The notes under the pieces are model-generated. The model was not told the origin of the DNA and did no database searches. It saw only the letters and a program-made list of their open reading frames with translations. Shown here piece by piece: positions 62,985-64,000 of a stretch of DNA of 64,000 nt (positions are counted from its first letter, which is position 1; each line of letters starts with the position of its first letter). The translations under genes were made by a program, and so were the position numbers. Source of the stretch: Sphingobium sp. (GTDB lineage: Bacteria; Pseudomonadota; Alphaproteobacteria; Sphingomonadales; Sphingomonadaceae); contig JALCRK010000003.1 of assembly GCA_022652485.1 (NCBI GenBank), positions 35,798-99,797 on the forward strand. The letters are read 5' to 3'.

Positions 62985-64000
62985 ATGCCCCGCACGCCTA
63001 TCCGCAAGGCTCTGTCGAAGCAGGCCGTGCGCCTGATCCTCTACAGCCAGCTCATCATTCTCGATTGCGCCGCCCTCATCAGCGGCTTTTCCTTTGTCGG
63101 CCTGGTGCGGGGCGAGGCGTGGATTTCGCCGGCGGGTATCAATCTGGGCTATCTGCTGGTGCCGCTCTATGGCCTGCTCGCGATCAACCGCAGCGCCTAC
63201 ACCATCGATGTGCTCGGCTCGCTGGCGGAGAGCCTGCGGCGCGCCGTGACCGCGCTGTTCATGACGATGCTGATCGTGCTGATGTTCGGTTTCTTCTTTC
63301 ACGCCCAGTCGGCCGTGTCGCGCGCCTCGTTCGCCGCGGGCATCTGCATCAGCGGACTGTTCCTGACTTCGGCGCGCATCGCTTTTTATTATTATACCCG
63401 CAACCGGACCGGCGACAGGCTGACCGACGAGCTGCTGATCCTCGATGGCCTGCCGTATACGGGGCTCTATCACGACAACATCATCAATGCCGCCGCCGAG
63501 CAGATCGAGCCGGACCTGCACAACCCCAAGATGCTCTCCCGCCTCGCCAGCTATCTCCACGGCTTCGACCGCGTGGTGGTCGCCTGCACGCCAGAGCGGC
63601 AACACGCATGGGCGCTGCTGCTCAAAGGCGCGAACATCCGGGGCGAGGTGATGCTGCCCGAGTCCAACACGCTCGGCGCGATCGGCCTTTCGTCCTATCA
63701 TGGCAACGACACGCTGGTGGTGTCGCGCGGGCCGTTGAGCATGGCCAACCGGGCGAAGAAGCGCGTGCTGGATCTCGCCGTCACGGTTCCGGCGCTGATC
63801 GCGCTGTCGCCGCTGTTCGTGCTGGTCGCCATCGCGATCAAGCTGGAAAGCCGTGGGCCGGTCTTCTTCATGCAGCAGCGCATCGGCCGCTCCAACCAGC
63901 TTTTCAACATCCTGAAATTCCGCAGTATGCGGGTCGAGGCCTGTGACGCGGAAGGGAACCGCTCCACCGAGCGTGACGACGACCGCATCACTCGCGTCGG
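62985..64000 (+). CDS. polyprenyl-phosphate hexose-1-phosphate transferase (SpsB/GelB/WbaP-like priming sugar transferase), partial: C-terminus is off-window
   Basis: Not in the ORF track because it runs off the right edge. My translation from ATG 62985 is MPRTPIRKAL..LILYSQLIILD.., FDRVVVACTPERQHAWALLLKG, RAKKRVLDLAVTVPALIALSPLF, KLESRGPVFFMQQRIGRSNQLFNILKFRSMRVE. An in-frame GTG alternative is at 62955. Confidence 0.88.
   Translation, partial: MPRTPIRKALSKQAVRLILYSQLIILDCAALISGFSFVGLVRGEAWISPAGINLGYLLVPLYGLLAINRSAYTIDVLGSLAESLRRAVTALFMTMLIVLMFGFFFHAQSAVSRASFAAGICISGLFLTSARIAFYYYTRNRTGDRLTDELLILDGLPYTGLYHDNIINAAAEQIEPDLHNPKMLSRLASYLHGFDRVVVACTPERQHAWALLLKGANIRGEVMLPESNTLGAIGLSSYHGNDTLVVSRGPLSMANRAKKRVLDLAVTVPALIALSPLFVLVAIAIKLESRGPVFFMQQRIGRSNQLFNILKFRSMRVEACDAEGNRSTERDDDRITRV

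Noticed and set aside
1-64000. CRISPR arrays, rRNA genes, complete IS elements or transposase genes
   Set aside because: I noticed no series of regularly spaced direct repeats, no rRNA-like sequence and no transposase-like ORF on either strand. The only repeated elements are the short MITE/REP-like sequences reported above.

Overview
High-G+C alphaproteobacterial chromosome segment, most likely Sphingomonadaceae. Supporting this are a PEPxxWA-CTERM protein, an SpsB/GelB-like priming sugar transferase, ChpT, and the alpha-type syntenies ffh-rpsP-rimM-trmD-rplS and dapF-mtaB-ftsY. Positions 1 to ~12.5 kb are the right-hand part of an integrated island or ICE. It carries ParB-like and DUF2958 backbone genes, then a tyrosine recombinase and a helicase-nuclease gene that are both 5'-truncated at one head-to-head junction (~3.34-3.38 kb). 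Next comes a visibly AT-richer defence cargo: an XRE + ImmA/IrrE (CapH/CapP-like) regulator pair divergent from a tightly coupled DUF2188 / CD-NTase-like / E2-like / patatin operon, which I read as an E2-only CBASS-like system. A Fic gene and a terminal tyrosine integrase abutting the rplS terminator complete the island. The rest (12.6-64 kb) is core genome: ribosomal/SRP genes, dapF-mtaB-ftsY-yciB, an M28 peptidase, sodB, pspF plus a TonB-C gene and pspABC, sufE, an LLM oxidoreductase, a J-domain protein, RNase P RNA, ampD, chpT-cheAWYBR, rluD, a frameshifted rpoH, the riboflavin cluster (ribD-ribE-ribB-ribH plus a separate ribA), COQ9-like, lolA-like, xthA, glnD, mutS, maeB, rlmE, ppx, tRNA-Gln(CUG), a GTA-type head-spike-like two-gene module, and the start of a polysaccharide locus. 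Main oddities:
- the defence operon and its mirror-symmetric divergent promoter;
- a two-hairpin MITE-like repeat (3 copies) whose CTAG ends supply stop codons and whose stem shows compensatory changes;
- a palindromic in-frame insert in trmD;
- a sigma54 promoter placed before a TonB-like gene in the psp locus;
- a 1-nt frameshift in rpoH.
No rRNA gene and no CRISPR array were seen. The ORF track omits frames that run off the window edges (1-1522 minus; 62985-64000 plus). It also contains many long antisense shadow ORFs, as expected for high-G+C DNA. No G+C values were computed; compositional statements are by eye.
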